From assembly GCA_963675295.2 (NCBI GenBank), contig CAXXKJ010000002.1, positions 1,664,001-1,728,000 on the forward strand: a stretch of DNA of 64,000 nt. Direction: 5' to 3'. The DNA is from a bacterium (GTDB taxonomy: Bacteria > Electryoneota > Electryoneia > Electryoneales > Electryoneaceae). The notes under the pieces were generated by a model. That model searched no databases. It had not been told where the DNA came from and saw only the letters and a list, made by a program, of their open reading frames with translations. Shown here one piece after another: positions 38,155 through 47,947 of this stretch. The position numbers and the translations under genes were made by a program. Position 1 is the stretch's first letter. Each line of letters begins with the position of its first letter.

Positions 38155-40812
38155 TCACTCGGCAACAGATCCATATTTCACGAACTCAATCGAGTCCGTC
38201 GCGTCAATCACAACTGGATCGCCATGCCCGATGAATGTGTGCAGCCGGTACGATCCCGGCTGGGCTCCGGACGGAATCGGCAAAGCCAGGCCGGAGAAGG
38301 TTCGTGTGCCGGGTGGAAGTGTCACCTGCCGCTGCAGCAACGGCGCGGTGACAGTCCCATCCGGCTTTTCAATGCGGATCCAGGCGGTTCGTGTCAGCGG
38401 CGAGTTGGAGCGATTGATCACGATGCCATCAAAGACGACATCCCCGCCGGACGGGGGAATCGCCGTTGTCACCGGAACCAGTGACAGCGTCAAATCGTCT
38501 GGGAGGAATGGCTCACGGTCGATCACCAGCACGCGGCCCTCGTTCGCGCCGAGCGGCACGCGCAATGATAAGAGCTGATCGCCAGATTGCGTCGTATGCT
38601 GCCCACTTAACACGTCGGTGACGACGTATTGGCTGTCAGGTTCGATCCAGACGGATGCCGGGAGGATGACATCCGGCGCGACGGCCTGTTGACTCAGGTT
38701 CAGGGCGACGACTGCCGCAGGCAAGCCCGGAGCGTGGCGCAGGTAACTGTAGACAGTTTCTCCCGCGCTGTTGGACAGCTGGCGCACGAAATTACTTCGC
38801 AGTGCCGGTAGTCGACGGCGGGCGTCGACGAGGCGCGCGTAGTGATCGAACAGGTTGTGTGGATCGTGCTCCCAGTTGATCGGACCACGCATCAGTGTCG
38901 CGCCGATTTCCTGCCCGGCGTACAGCATCGGGACGCCGGGAATGGTCAGCAGCATCGTCGCTGCGGTACGTGTTTGTTCGGGCGTGTGCTCGCTGATGTA
39001 ACGGGTTTCGTCATGATTCTCGATGAACCTGAACGGGAACGATTCAGCGGGGAAGTAGTCACCCTGGTTGGTGATCCGGCCATGGACCTGGCTGGCGCTG
39101 GACCCATTGAACAGCAGCCGGAAACCGCCCGGATCGAAGTACAGAGGCCAGTCCATCACCGAATCAAAGCGGTCGGTGAGGATGGAAAAGTCCATCACGG
39201 ACGCTTCCCCCTGAAGAAACAGGTCGGGCTTGCGTGTTTTCAGGGCAACGCGCCAGTCCGCCCAGAAGTCTGGACGACGTTCATGCACGCCCCAGGCGAC
39301 ATCCGCGCGGAACCCATCGACATATGCTTCTTCCAGCCACCACTGGCACATCTCGATCATGTAGCGGCGCACATCCGGGTTATCGTAATTCAGGTTCGGC
39401 AGTGAATCCCAGTCGTTGTAGTAGGTATAGTCGCCGTTTTCGTCACGGTCATACCAATCCCAGGTGGGGGAGATGGTGCCTTTCTCCGCCGCATCCATGA
39501 ACCACGGGTGCCAGATGCCGGTGTGGTTGATTGGAATGTCCAGCAGCACACGGATGCCGAGGGCGTGCGCAGCGTCCATCAGCGCCCGGTAGTCGTCCAT
39601 TGTGCCAACGTCCTGCTCGACGGCGTAATAGTCGGCGATCGCGTAGGAGTTCCACGGCGGCGCTTCGAAGATCGGCATGATCCAGAGGCAGTTGACGCCG
39701 AGTGTAACCAGCCGTGGCAGGTCGGCGGTGATCGCGTTCAGCTGCCCGCTCGGATGATGGTAGCGTGGGAAGATCTCGTACACCACCGCGTCCCGAATCC
39801 AACCGGCGGCCTCGTCAAGGTCCACCGGATCGGCGGTGCAGGATTGATCCACTTCGATCAGCAGCTGGGCGTGGGTGATGTTCCCGTCCGGATCGTCCAG
39901 CCGCAGGTGATAGCGGTAGGCGCCCGGTGCGGATGGTGTGGCGCAGGTCGCGTGCGCGGTGTTTGAGCCGGCCAGCGGCGTGGGGGCCGGGTTGGCGGGG
40001 TCAACCGTCCACTGGAACTGCAACGGTTGGTCCTGCGGATCGTAACTCTGCCCGGCGAACAGGTGAACGGTGCTGCCGGAGATGGTCGCCGAACGGATGG
40101 CTACCGGGGCTTGGGGGACGTGCTGAACGACGGTAAGCGTGTCAGACGTGCCGGTGAAGCCGTCGTGTTCGGCGGACAGCACAAACTGGTTGTCGCCAGG
40201 ACGAAGAGTGACCGGCACCGCAAACACACCCTGCTGCGGGTCGAGGGTCACGTTCTGCGATCCATCCGTCCACAGGTGCTGCAGGGTCATGCTATCGACG
40301 GGCGGAATCTGCTCGCACCAGAGGGTAGTCGTGTCCTGCACGGTTTCATGATCCGTGGTCAGCAGCAGCGGGGCGGGTGTGGCGTTTCCGGGCTCAAGGT
40401 GCCAGCCCAACAGGAAATGGTTGTCCCAGTTCCCGGCGTTATCGGTGAACAGGAAGTCGATGGCTGTTGTTGTCGCTAGCGTGGGAAAGGTCACTGTCCA
40501 CAGGCCGTCGCCGTCGGGTTGCATCGGCGAACGCACAGCGGCGTCTCCAGCGGGGACGGTTCCGTCCGGCCACAGAGAGGGCGGCGGTGCCTGCCAGCCG
40601 TTGATTCCCCAGTGCAGCCACACCGGACCCGAGGGTAACGTGCCCCGATCCGCGAGGTCATAGCTGATCGTGATCGAGTCGCCCGGCGTCGGCCACGTTG
40701 GCTCCCAACCAGCCCAATCGGCGTGAGTTGGTTGAACCATGGCAAACAGCAGCACAACAATCAGGAGCAGCGGCGTTCGCCGCGGGATGGTCGTCCGTGT
40801 GGTAATGATCAT
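38155..40812 (-). CDS. Secreted GH13 alpha-amylase family glycoside hydrolase with N-terminal carbohydrate-binding/PKD-like domains and C-terminal Ig-like domain
   Basis: GH13 regions 'DIPINH', 'GFRADVA', 'GEA', 'FIENHD'; Trp-rich N-terminal module 'WLHWGINGW...WDN'. Confidence 0.9.
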   Translation of the reverse strand: MIITTRTTIPRRTPLLLIVVLLFAMVQPTHADWAGWEPTWPTPGDSITISYDLADRGTLPSGPVWLHWGINGWQAPPPSLWPDGTVPAGDAAVRSPMQPDGDGLWTVTFPTLATTTAIDFLFTDNAGNWDNHFLLGWHLEPGNATPAPLLLTTDHETVQDTTTLWCEQIPPVDSMTLQHLWTDGSQNVTLDPQQGVFAVPVTLRPGDNQFVLSAEHDGFTGTSDTLTVVQHVPQAPVAIRSATISGSTVHLFAGQSYDPQDQPLQFQWTVDPANPAPTPLAGSNTAHATCATPSAPGAYRYHLRLDDPDGNITHAQLLIEVDQSCTADPVDLDEAAGWIRDAVVYEIFPRYHHPSGQLNAITADLPRLVTLGVNCLWIMPIFEAPPWNSYAIADYYAVEQDVGTMDDYRALMDAAHALGIRVLLDIPINHTGIWHPWFMDAAEKGTISPTWDWYDRDENGDYTYYNDWDSLPNLNYDNPDVRRYMIEMCQWWLEEAYVDGFRADVAWGVHERRPDFWADWRVALKTRKPDLFLQGEASVMDFSILTDRFDSVMDWPLYFDPGGFRLLFNGSSASQVHGRITNQGDYFPAESFPFRFIENHDETRYISEHTPEQTRTAATMLLTIPGVPMLYAGQEIGATLMRGPINWEHDPHNLFDHYARLVDARRRLPALRSNFVRQLSNSAGETVYSYLRHAPGLPAAVVALNLSQQAVAPDVILPASVWIEPDSQYVVTDVLSGQHTTQSGDQLLSLRVPLGANEGRVLVIDREPFLPDDLTLSLVPVTTAIPPSGGDVVFDGIVINRSNSPLTRTAWIRIEKPDGTVTAPLLQRQVTLPPGTRTFSGLALPIPSGAQPGSYRLHTFIGHGDPVVIDATDSIEFVKYGSVAE

Positions 40813-41148
40813 CAGGTTCCTCGGTTCGCAGCCAGCTGTGCACGTGGTTTCCGGACTCTGGTATCACAATCCTGCGTGATGAAGAAATGATACGGAGGTC
40901 GCGTTCAAGCGGCAAGCGTCCGTGTGACTTCCCGGAAATTGGTTGCCAGGGATTATCTGAGCGAACAGGTTGGAGGTAAGGAGTTTTGCCTCCATTCTCA
41001 GTCGGTTTGCAAGTCTTTTCTTTTCGGAACGCTTGCTCTACCGACTTTGTTTGATTATCGTACAAAGTACACAGAAACGCTACCACGCCATCACCGTCCT
41101 CGTGTGCAATTGGAACCGTGATGACACCATTTAAGCACGGGACGACTT

Positions 41149-42963
41149 GTGAAATCACGAGCCATCGTACTCACACTGTTGTTGGTCGCGGTCAGTCTGG
41201 CTGCCAATCCGATCCTCAGTGTCAGCCTTGCCCAGATCGGTGATTTGATCTGGACGGAGGACTTTAACAATCTCGACAACTGGATTGTTGCCACCGGAAA
41301 CGGGGCGTGGGGCTGGGGTAACGGCGAGCTGCAATTCTACCACGCAGACAACGTGTCCATCGTCGAGATTCCGGATGATCCGGGCAACACCGCACTGAAG
41401 ATCCTCGCCCGCGAGCAGAGCGGTCCCGGCATTGTCGACCAGTGGGGCAACCCGTTGAATCATACGTCTGGCCGGGTATCCTCCCAGTCGCTGGTATCGG
41501 TGAAGTATGGTGTGATCGAAGTGCGTGTCCGTGTGCCGGACCTGGACCTCGGCGGCTGGCCGGCGATCTGGATGCTGGGCACGTCCAACTACAACTGGCC
41601 TCGACGTGGCGAACTGGACATTATGGAGATGGGGTCAACGCAGGCGTTCCGTGATCTGCACGACGAACACAACGGCGGCAACGGACAGAACAATTCCACG
41701 GTCAACCAGGTTGTCAGCGCGAACGCGATCTTCTATTCGGCCGACGCGGTCACTCCGGACAACCCGAGCGGCGCGGCGAGCTTGTCGTGGGACCCGGAGG
41801 ATGTCAGCTGCCGGCCGTATTACAACTATGACGATCCATTCACCGATCGGTTCCTAACCTACCGGCTGTACTGGGACGAGAACAGCCTGCGCTACACGGT
41901 GATCGACGGCGAGGACGAGTTTGACCTCTACGCCGAGCCGTTCGCGATTGACAGCGTTTCGGCGGAGTTTCAGGAACCGTTCTTCTTCACGATCAACCTG
42001 GCGATTGGCGGGGTGTTTACGGACGTGTTCAACCTCGGCGATCCGGGGTCTGGTGAACCGGTGTCGATGCCGTTTCCGGCGGAGATGTACGTCGATTACA
42101 TCAAGGTGTACGAGTGGAACGGGCAGGGCGCGGTTCAGCTTGGCCCGCCGGTGAACCAGGGCGGCACGTTTGGCATTTTCACCGACCTGACGCCGGCCGA
42201 CGGCGCGTTGACGGTGGGCGATGACGCTGAGATCTATGTCTGGGAAGGCACGTTGTCGGAGGGCAGCATCCCGCCGTACGAGGGCGACAACGGGATCTCG
42301 TGGGTCACGAACGGGCTCGGCTGGTTCGGAGCGGGGATCATGTCGGTGCAACCGGTGAACCTGTTTTCGTTCGGGGATGGCCACCTCAAGTTCATGATCA
42401 ACATCCCGCCGGAGGTAACGTTCAAGATCGGCATCATCGACGCGTGGGGGAACCAGTCGTACGTCACCTTCCCCGCACATCAGACAACGTACGGGCTGGT
42501 CCGTGACGGTCAATGGGGCCAGGCCGCGATCCCGGTCAGCGACATCCGTGGCGAATTCATCGACTTACGGATGTTGAGTTACGAGTTTGTCATCCTTGAG
42601 GAGAATGGGGTGGCCTGCGAGTTCGCGCTCGATGACATCTACTGGGACGGTGGCGGCGAGGTGCATGTTGTCGAAACAGACCATGGTTCGGCGCTGCCCA
42701 CGTTCCAGCTGCATCCGGCCTACCCGAACCCGTTCAACGCGACGACGCAGGTGACGGTGGATCTTTCCGTGCCGGCACAGCTGAAGCTGTACGTGTACAA
42801 CACGGCCGGGCGGCAGGTCGCCGTGCTTGCCGATGGGGTATTCTCCGCGGGGCAGCACAGCCTGGCGTTCAAGGGGTCCGATCTGGCGAGCGGGTTCTAC
42901 TTTATCCAGGCGACAGTACAAGGTCAGCTCAGTCAGGTGCGGAAGATTGCGTTGATTCGCTAG
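41149..42963 (+). CDS. Secreted GH16 beta-glucanase (laminarinase-like) with T9SS-type sorting domain
   Basis: 'WGWGNGELQFY', 'WPAIWMLG', catalytic 'GELDIME', 'NLAIGG', 'MYVDYIKVY'; 'YPNPFN...RKIALIR'. Confidence 0.92.
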   Translation: MKSRAIVLTLLLVAVSLAANPILSVSLAQIGDLIWTEDFNNLDNWIVATGNGAWGWGNGELQFYHADNVSIVEIPDDPGNTALKILAREQSGPGIVDQWGNPLNHTSGRVSSQSLVSVKYGVIEVRVRVPDLDLGGWPAIWMLGTSNYNWPRRGELDIMEMGSTQAFRDLHDEHNGGNGQNNSTVNQVVSANAIFYSADAVTPDNPSGAASLSWDPEDVSCRPYYNYDDPFTDRFLTYRLYWDENSLRYTVIDGEDEFDLYAEPFAIDSVSAEFQEPFFFTINLAIGGVFTDVFNLGDPGSGEPVSMPFPAEMYVDYIKVYEWNGQGAVQLGPPVNQGGTFGIFTDLTPADGALTVGDDAEIYVWEGTLSEGSIPPYEGDNGISWVTNGLGWFGAGIMSVQPVNLFSFGDGHLKFMINIPPEVTFKIGIIDAWGNQSYVTFPAHQTTYGLVRDGQWGQAAIPVSDIRGEFIDLRMLSYEFVILEENGVACEFALDDIYWDGGGEVHVVETDHGSALPTFQLHPAYPNPFNATTQVTVDLSVPAQLKLYVYNTAGRQVAVLADGVFSAGQHSLAFKGSDLASGFYFIQATVQGQLSQVRKIALIR

Positions 42964-43374
42964 CTTCTTGGCAGTAGTTCGGCAGCATTGAACAGCGAAA
43001 GATAACCCGTCAGATTGGCGGGTTATTCATCTCATGTATGGGTAGCTTTGCATACTTAGGAGAGCCAAATGGACTCCAAACCTGTGGCACAACAGATCGA
43101 TTTGATGGATTACAGCGCCGGAACTGGTTTCATAGCTTCTGGATCGCACTAAACAGACGCTGTGGTTGTCGCTAAAGATACAGTCACTTTCACAACATGG
43201 AGATCAACTGAATTTTTCTGGAATCAAATACTTTCAATGGTTTACCCCATTGTTGCATTCTATATTCCACCTAATTGGAAACGTGTGATGTTCATTGAGT
43301 ACCAATCGTTTTTCCTCATCGAAAGGGTTCATGTTCGCATGAACCGGGGTCCACATGCACTGAAGGGAGGAAGT

Positions 43375-45231
43375 ATGAAAGGCGTTCTCACATTCTTGTT
43401 GATCCTCGCAGTTCCGCTGCTGGCCGTTGCCACTCCGTATACTCAGATCGGCTACGAAACCTACGAGACACCGAATTGGGTCGAGAACTATGTCGACTGG
43501 ACGCGTACGTCCGATGGTGGCGTGGCGGCATTGTACTACGCCTATGAGTGGAACTCGTACTACTATCCCGGCATCTTCGGCTTCCAGCTGTTCAATGCCA
43601 CTGGTGAAATGCGGTTGGAATGGACGGATGATTTCGTTGGGTCTGACGATTGGCCGGACGCGATCTGTGAAATGCAGGATGGTTCATTCGCCATGTTTTT
43701 CTGTGAATGGAGCACGGAAAGCGTGGACGTTCGCCTGGTAGATCCGACAGGGAACGAGCTCGATCCGATGACGATCGATCTGGGCTTCGCGCCGCGTGAC
43801 CTGCATGTCTATCCGATCCCATTGGCCGCGGGTGGCGGGTTGATGCTGGCGGTGAACCCCTCGGTTGGTGATTACTGGCACTTGGTGCGTGTCTCCAGCG
43901 ACTTTAATGTGGTGTACGATGTGTCCACCGCGTTAGACGATGGCAAACGTCTGATCATGCACCTGCTGGGTGACGGCGTGCTCGGCATGTTCGGCTACAA
44001 CGATGGCCCGTGCCTGTACAAGGCGAACTTCGCGGATGGCTCGCCGGTCGGGTTCAACCGTTTCGCGGCGGCTGACTACAGCAACATCCATCTCGCGGAA
44101 CGGCTGACACCCTCTCTGTTCGCCATGGTGTATTCCAGCAACAGCGTAAACTTTATCCTCAAGCTGGTGCGGGCAAACGGCAACCCGGTCGCGACACTCG
44201 AGCTGAACGGTATCGACGATGTCGCCGGAGTCTTCCTGAATGGCGAAGGGGGCGTGTTTGTGCTGGGTGACCAGCGTACAGATCCGGCACTTACCTGGGC
44301 GACCGTTCTCCAGTCGTACGACAACCAGGGAACCAGGTTGTGGACGCAGTATGTCGACCTCGGTCTTGAGCTGCCGAACCAGGAGCAGTGGTCGAACAGT
44401 GTCCGGCCGCTGGATGCGTGGAAGCTCCCGAACGGGCAGCTCCTGGTGGCAGAGTTGCGTGAATACCTGCCGCCGGATCCGGCAATGGTCTGGCCGATGG
44501 AACGGGACATCGCCTTCCACCGAATGGGTGTCGACAACGATCTGTCCGCTGTCATTGACCTGCAACTGCAGAGCGAAAGGGCGAGTGGATCTCGTGGGCA
44601 GGTCAGAGAAATCCCACTGAAGATCTGGCATCAGTCGGACTCTCCAGTCAATGTGGACGTCTGGTTTGACTGGTCGTGGACGATGGAAGATCCAAACGAT
44701 CCGTACGCCCTCCCATGGTATGTGCACAACACCGAACCCGCGCAGAGTGTGACACTGCTTCCTGGCGAAGTGTATTACGATCCGGAATTCGAGTACGTCA
44801 TCCCGGACCTTCCGGATAACGCCAGGTACAACGATGTGGCGATTCGTTACAACGTCGGGCACTATCCGGATGTGATCTGGTCGTCTGACTATTTCACGTC
44901 ATACATCTCGGGGAATGAACCCGCCGGGAACACGGAGGCCGCCGTTCACGCCAACGAGCTGCCGGACGCGTACGAACTGGCGTCGGTGTACCCGAACCCG
45001 TTCAATCCGACGACGACTGTCGGCGTGACGCTGCCTCAGACGGCGGAGCTGTCGGTCACGGTACATGACGTGCTCGGTCGTCAGGTCGCGCAGTTGGCGC
45101 AAGGCCAGTTTCGTGCCGGTGCGCACCGGTTCGTGTTTGACGGGTCGAATCTCGCGAGCGGCGTGTATTTTGTCCATGCGACGGTGCCTGGTGAGCTGAA
45201 CGCGGTGCAGAAAATGGTGCTGATGAAGTAA
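43375..45231 (+). CDS. Secreted protein of unknown function with divergent Ig-like domain and T9SS-type sorting domain
   Basis: GGAGG RBS before ATG 43375, signal peptide, 'YPNPFNPTT...QKMVLMK'. Confidence 0.85.
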   Translation: MKGVLTFLLILAVPLLAVATPYTQIGYETYETPNWVENYVDWTRTSDGGVAALYYAYEWNSYYYPGIFGFQLFNATGEMRLEWTDDFVGSDDWPDAICEMQDGSFAMFFCEWSTESVDVRLVDPTGNELDPMTIDLGFAPRDLHVYPIPLAAGGGLMLAVNPSVGDYWHLVRVSSDFNVVYDVSTALDDGKRLIMHLLGDGVLGMFGYNDGPCLYKANFADGSPVGFNRFAAADYSNIHLAERLTPSLFAMVYSSNSVNFILKLVRANGNPVATLELNGIDDVAGVFLNGEGGVFVLGDQRTDPALTWATVLQSYDNQGTRLWTQYVDLGLELPNQEQWSNSVRPLDAWKLPNGQLLVAELREYLPPDPAMVWPMERDIAFHRMGVDNDLSAVIDLQLQSERASGSRGQVREIPLKIWHQSDSPVNVDVWFDWSWTMEDPNDPYALPWYVHNTEPAQSVTLLPGEVYYDPEFEYVIPDLPDNARYNDVAIRYNVGHYPDVIWSSDYFTSYISGNEPAGNTEAAVHANELPDAYELASVYPNPFNPTTTVGVTLPQTAELSVTVHDVLGRQVAQLAQGQFRAGAHRFVFDGSNLASGVYFVHATVPGELNAVQKMVLMK

Positions 45232-45249
45232 GCGTGTGCAGATTCAGAC

Positions 45250-45287
45250 AATCCCGCTGCGAGGTTATTTCGTGGCGGGATTTTTTG
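45250..45287 (+). terminator. Rho-independent terminator
   Basis: AATCCCGCTGCGA...TCGTGGCGGGATT followed by a T run. Confidence 0.7.
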
Positions 45288-45482
45288 TGTCGTCTCTGAT
45301 GCAATTGAAGGGAAGATAGGTGAAAAAGCGAATACAACCAGAGTTGGTGCTGTAGTACACAATGCAATTATCGAGTATCAAGTTGCAACGAGTTCACTAG
45401 TTCTGTTGCATGAATGTGACCTGCATCCTTGTGTGACTCGATTTCTGCTCCGTACCTTAAATGAAACCCAGCGGAGTTCGTT

Positions 45483-46700
45483 ATGGACACCACCTTTTTT
45501 GCGCCGGCAGAGGTCTACGGCGACGCCGAACTGCGCCATCAGCGTGAGTTAATCCGTTCGGTGCCGATGCTGGAAATCTTACTCAACTCCGTTCATGTCA
45601 GCGTTCTGGTGCTCAACAATCTCCGTCAGATCGTGTACTACAACAAGGTTTTCTACGATCTCGTGCACGCTCTTGGCACAGACGAAGTGTATGGCAGACG
45701 GCCTGGCGACGTTTTTCGTTGTATCCACGCGAAGGAGCTGCCGAGCGGTTGCGGCACGACCGAATTCTGCCGCACCTGCGGCGCGGTAAAGGCCATCCTC
45801 GATTCGCAGAAGGGGGCTAGCCGCCAGGAAGAATGCCGTATCATGACGCAGAAAGACGTCGAGGTCAACGCGTTGGACGTGCGCGTCTGGTCAACGCCGT
45901 TTGAATACCAGGACGTTCCATTTACCATCCTCTCGCTGGTCGATATCAGCAACGAGAAACGCCGGACCGCGCTGGAACACATCTTCTTCCACGACATCAT
46001 GAACGCTGCAACGAGTGTTCTCGGTTACGCCTCGATGATGCGGTTCGATGAAGAAGCGAACCCGGAGAATCTCGGTGTGCTCGAGGAGAGTGTGTCGCTG
46101 CTCATCGACGACATCGCGGCGCAACGGGATCTCAAGTACGCCGAACAGGGCGAGTTGCAGGTCGATGTAAAGCAGCACAATAGCGGTACGATTCTGGATA
46201 GTCTCTTCACCCGTTTCCGGCATCAGTTCAACGCTGAGGGACGCGAGCTGCAGCTGGACAGCAAGATTGACCGAGTCGAATTTGAGACTGATTTTAGTTT
46301 GCTGAACCGTGTGCTCGGCAACATGGTGAAAAATGCGTTCGAAGCAACGGCGAAGGGGCAGGCTGTGCGTGTGGGCTGCCGTAAATACCGGAACCACCTG
46401 GAGTTCTGGGTGAACAATCCAACAGCGATACCTCGCAACCATCAGCTGCAAGTGTTCAATCGATCCTTCTCAACCAAGGGGAACGGGCGCGGGTTGGGCA
46501 CGTACAGCATGCGTCTGCTGACGGAAAACTACCTCAACGGCCGCCTCAGTTTCGTCACCTCGAAAGAACAGGGCACGACCTTTTCCGCGTACCTGCCGAT
46601 CCGCTTCGCCGACCACAGCAACGGATGGCGGGACGGGATTCCGACGTATCCGATAGGCGACCGTAGCGTGGCGGGACACGAAATACCCCGCAGCGGATAG
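45483..46700 (+). CDS. Sensor histidine kinase with Cys-rich PAS-like input domain
   Basis: 'CIHA...CGTTEFCRTC', H-box 'FFHDIMN', 'NMVKNAFEA', 'FSTKGNGRGLG'. Confidence 0.9.
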   Translation: MDTTFFAPAEVYGDAELRHQRELIRSVPMLEILLNSVHVSVLVLNNLRQIVYYNKVFYDLVHALGTDEVYGRRPGDVFRCIHAKELPSGCGTTEFCRTCGAVKAILDSQKGASRQEECRIMTQKDVEVNALDVRVWSTPFEYQDVPFTILSLVDISNEKRRTALEHIFFHDIMNAATSVLGYASMMRFDEEANPENLGVLEESVSLLIDDIAAQRDLKYAEQGELQVDVKQHNSGTILDSLFTRFRHQFNAEGRELQLDSKIDRVEFETDFSLLNRVLGNMVKNAFEATAKGQAVRVGCRKYRNHLEFWVNNPTAIPRNHQLQVFNRSFSTKGNGRGLGTYSMRLLTENYLNGRLSFVTSKEQGTTFSAYLPIRFADHSNGWRDGIPTYPIGDRSVAGHEIPRSG

Positions 46701-46736
46701 CCACGGGGTGAATTGTTGTTGTTGCGCTTTATGCGG

Positions 46737-47051
46737 TCAGTCGATATAAAACCTTTTACGGTCCAAGCCAAGCGCGTCCAGAATTTCTTCCGCGGTACAG
46801 TCGCCACAATCTGACCACACGCGGTATTTCTTCTGTTCTTCTTCCCAGATGAAATACAAGACTGTCGAGCCCGCACACTGCCCGGGTGTATAGCAGACCG
46901 GGCAACGGTTCATGCCGATGCGGTAGTCCTTTTCGTACGACCAGAATGTGTAGCCGCTTTCGATCAGCTTGCCGACGACATACTTGCAATCCTTAACGAC
47001 GTCAGCGGGTCTTCTTTCGGGCTTCTTCTTTGCTAATCTGTCGAACATCAC
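46737..47051 (-). CDS. Small Cys-rich protein resembling a primase zinc-binding domain
   Basis: 'RCPVC...YRVWSDCGDCTAEEILDALGL'; GGAGG RBS; overlaps upstream stop. Confidence 0.7.
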   Translation of the reverse strand: MMFDRLAKKKPERRPADVVKDCKYVVGKLIESGYTFWSYEKDYRIGMNRCPVCYTPGQCAGSTVLYFIWEEEQKKYRVWSDCGDCTAEEILDALGLDRKRFYID

Positions 47052-47542
47052 CGCCTCCCGGAGCTGGGATCACGCCGGTTCAGCAGTGCTTGGCGGTCTT
47101 TCTCCTTCTGGCGCTGCTGCGCACTACGCTCCTTATCGTAGTTCCGATCCAGCATCATCAGGTAAAGATCAGCCATCTTGAAGTCTTCATCCGTCATTTT
47201 GCTGCGTTCCTGCCAGTATGCCTGCTGGTCGAATTCCGCATGCAACAGGTTTTCGTTGTAGCCCAGGCACTCGCAGAAGTCGGATTCGGTCAGACCGCAG
47301 GGCACGCGCCCGTAGCGTTGCAGCTTGATCTTGCGCTTTTTCCAATCGTACGTAAGCCCCCAGGAGCAGTCGCGGCGATGGCGGCAGTAGTTGTTGAGGC
47401 AGAACGGGCACGACAAGGCGATGCCGCCCGCTTCGAAGTTGTGCCACCAGAGTCCGGCGTCGTTCGCCGCCTGAAGCAAGTCATTGGCGACGTTCTGGAC
47501 GACCTCGACGTCTGGCAGTTCTTTGATGAACAGCTTTTTCAT
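47048..47542 (-). CDS. Cys-rich protein resembling a primase zinc-binding domain, with helical C-terminal extension
   Basis: AAGGA RBS before ATG 47542; 'LSCPFC...KIKLQRYGRVPCGLTESDFCECLGY'. Confidence 0.7.
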   Translation of the reverse strand: MKKLFIKELPDVEVVQNVANDLLQAANDAGLWWHNFEAGGIALSCPFCLNNYCRHRRDCSWGLTYDWKKRKIKLQRYGRVPCGLTESDFCECLGYNENLLHAEFDQQAYWQERSKMTDEDFKMADLYLMMLDRNYDKERSAQQRQKEKDRQALLNRRDPSSGRR

Positions 47543-47828
47543 GGCGGTTCCTTTTGTTGTTGTTGCGGTGGGATGGTAGAGGAGGGGTGAAGCCTTTGAC
47601 GTGGTTGCCATAGCAGACATTCATGTCAAGGCCCAATTCTTTGAGGATCACTGTTTCGCTACAACCGTTGAAGCACGTGAGGACTAACCTGCTATTGCCG
47701 GTATGCCACTCGCCTTCGAGTTCGTTTCCGCAGTGTGGGCACTTCGCAAAGAAGCCGTCGTACACATAATGCGGATCACAACCCATGATTGATAGCATGA
47801 CACCAATCAGCCGGATAGCATAATTCAC
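47481..47828 (-). CDS. Small Cys-rich protein resembling a primase zinc-binding domain
   Basis: GGGGGG RBS before GTG; 'GFFAKCPHC...LVLTCFNGCSETVILKELGL'. Confidence 0.7.
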   Translation of the reverse strand: MNYAIRLIGVMLSIMGCDPHYVYDGFFAKCPHCGNELEGEWHTGNSRLVLTCFNGCSETVILKELGLDMNVCYGNHVKGFTPPLPSHRNNNKRNRHEKAVHQRTARRRGRPERRQ

Positions 47829-47947
47829 TTTATTCCCCCCATGTCAAGTAGGACAACAACAACAAGTTGTAGCTTACAGTACCTGGTGAGTAAGTACAAT
47901 ACATACAAAGAGTTATGATAAACTCTATGTATATATGTAGTTACACT

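Noticed and set aside
33660-45231. Diversity-generating retroelement acting on the secreted proteins
   Set aside because: No reverse transcriptase and no TR/VR pair with adenine-specific mismatches noticed; similarity is confined to conserved tail domains.
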